Source of the DNA: a virus | Lineage: Duplodnaviria; Caudoviricetes | DNA length: 58,417 nt | Virus record (IMG/VR): IMGVR_UViG_3300037408_000637 | Span: 1-58,417 of that record | Direction: 5' to 3' (one strand) | Notes under the pieces: model-generated | Seen by the model: only the letters and a program-made list of their open reading frames with translations | Told to the model about the DNA's origin: nothing | Database searches by the model: none | Shown: one piece after another, positions 57,974 to 58,417 of the stretch | Layout of the letters: every line of letters begins with the position of its first letter | How positions within the stretch are numbered: position 1 is the first letter of the stretch | Made by a program: the position numbers and the translations under genes

Positions 57974-58417
57974 TTACATGGTGCAGCAGGTTTTGTAAAA
58001 TTTCTCGCGTCGGGCCGCCATCCCCCGTAAGCGCGGAATCCGCTCGTCCACCACATCCACGATGATCGGGATGGGCTTGCCCTTGCATTTGCCCGCCCGC
58101 CAGGGGCAATAGTGCGCGCATTGCCCCCCCGGCACGCACCAGCGCCGCACCCGTCCGGCCGCCTGTTCCACGTCGCTGATCGGCGTGGCCAAGAGGAGCA
58201 CGTCCAGCGCTGGGATGTCGAGCCCCTCCAAGACCATCTGCTGCGTGGCGAACAGCAGGTTGGCCCGCTCCGCCCGGTCCAGGTCGACCTGCGTGCGCGA
58301 AACCATCTTCAGATCGCCCCGCCGATGCGCCTTCGTCGTCGTCTCCCAGACCTCCCCGTTGAACCACTCCCCGGTATAAAAGTCCATGATCGGCACGAAC
58401 GGCAGGTTCAGGTTGAA
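57974..58417 (-). CDS. SF2 (UvsW/SSL2-like) helicase, C-terminal part
   Basis: EGLDIPALDVLLLATP...EQAAGRVRR (motifs V-VI); truncated by window end. Confidence 0.8.
   Translation of the reverse strand, partial: FNLNLPFVPIMDFYTGEWFNGEVWETTTKAHRRGDLKMVSRTQVDLDRAERANLLFATQQMVLEGLDIPALDVLLLATPISDVEQAAGRVRRWCVPGGQCAHYCPWRAGKCKGKPIPIIVDVVDERIPRLRGMAARREKFYKTCCTM

Noticed and set aside
1-58417. Stop-codon reassignment, tRNA genes, integrase, inteins in terminase/RecA/helicase
   Set aside because: Conserved genes are full length under the standard code and TAA, TAG and TGA all serve as stops; no tRNA cloverleaf, integrase or intein termini were recognised by eye

Overview
High-GC segment of a large T4-like (probably myo/jumbo-type) dsDNA phage genome. 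Almost every gene is on the minus strand and uses the standard genetic code. The left ~17 kb is a head morphogenesis module: small/large terminase, gp20-like portal, core proteins, gp21-like protease fused to a scaffold-like coiled coil, gp23-like major capsid, and gp13/gp14-like neck proteins, with a Hef-like/TnsA-like endonuclease beside the capsid gene. The right ~40 kb holds DNA metabolism and accessory genes (SNF2 helicase, DHH phosphoesterase, dTMP kinase, two DNA methyltransferases, MutY-like glycosylase, RuvC, Cas4-like nuclease, RecA, SF2 helicase) and many small, translationally coupled ORFs. Main highlights: (1) a stand-alone Cas7/RAMP-like gene (17514-18347) directly followed by a ~610-nt non-coding array of GGNNN pentamers punctuated by GGCAGG, a candidate RNA-guided system whose variable dinucleotides read like codon positions 1-2 of protein-coding targets; (2) 11 dispersed copies of the palindrome CGAACCYRGGTTCG; (3) a -1 frameshift signal (G GGA AAC plus predicted pseudoknot) in a head gene; (4) an HNH endonuclease gene nested antisense inside an uninterrupted methyltransferase ORF. 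All product calls come from motif recognition by eye, not database searches.
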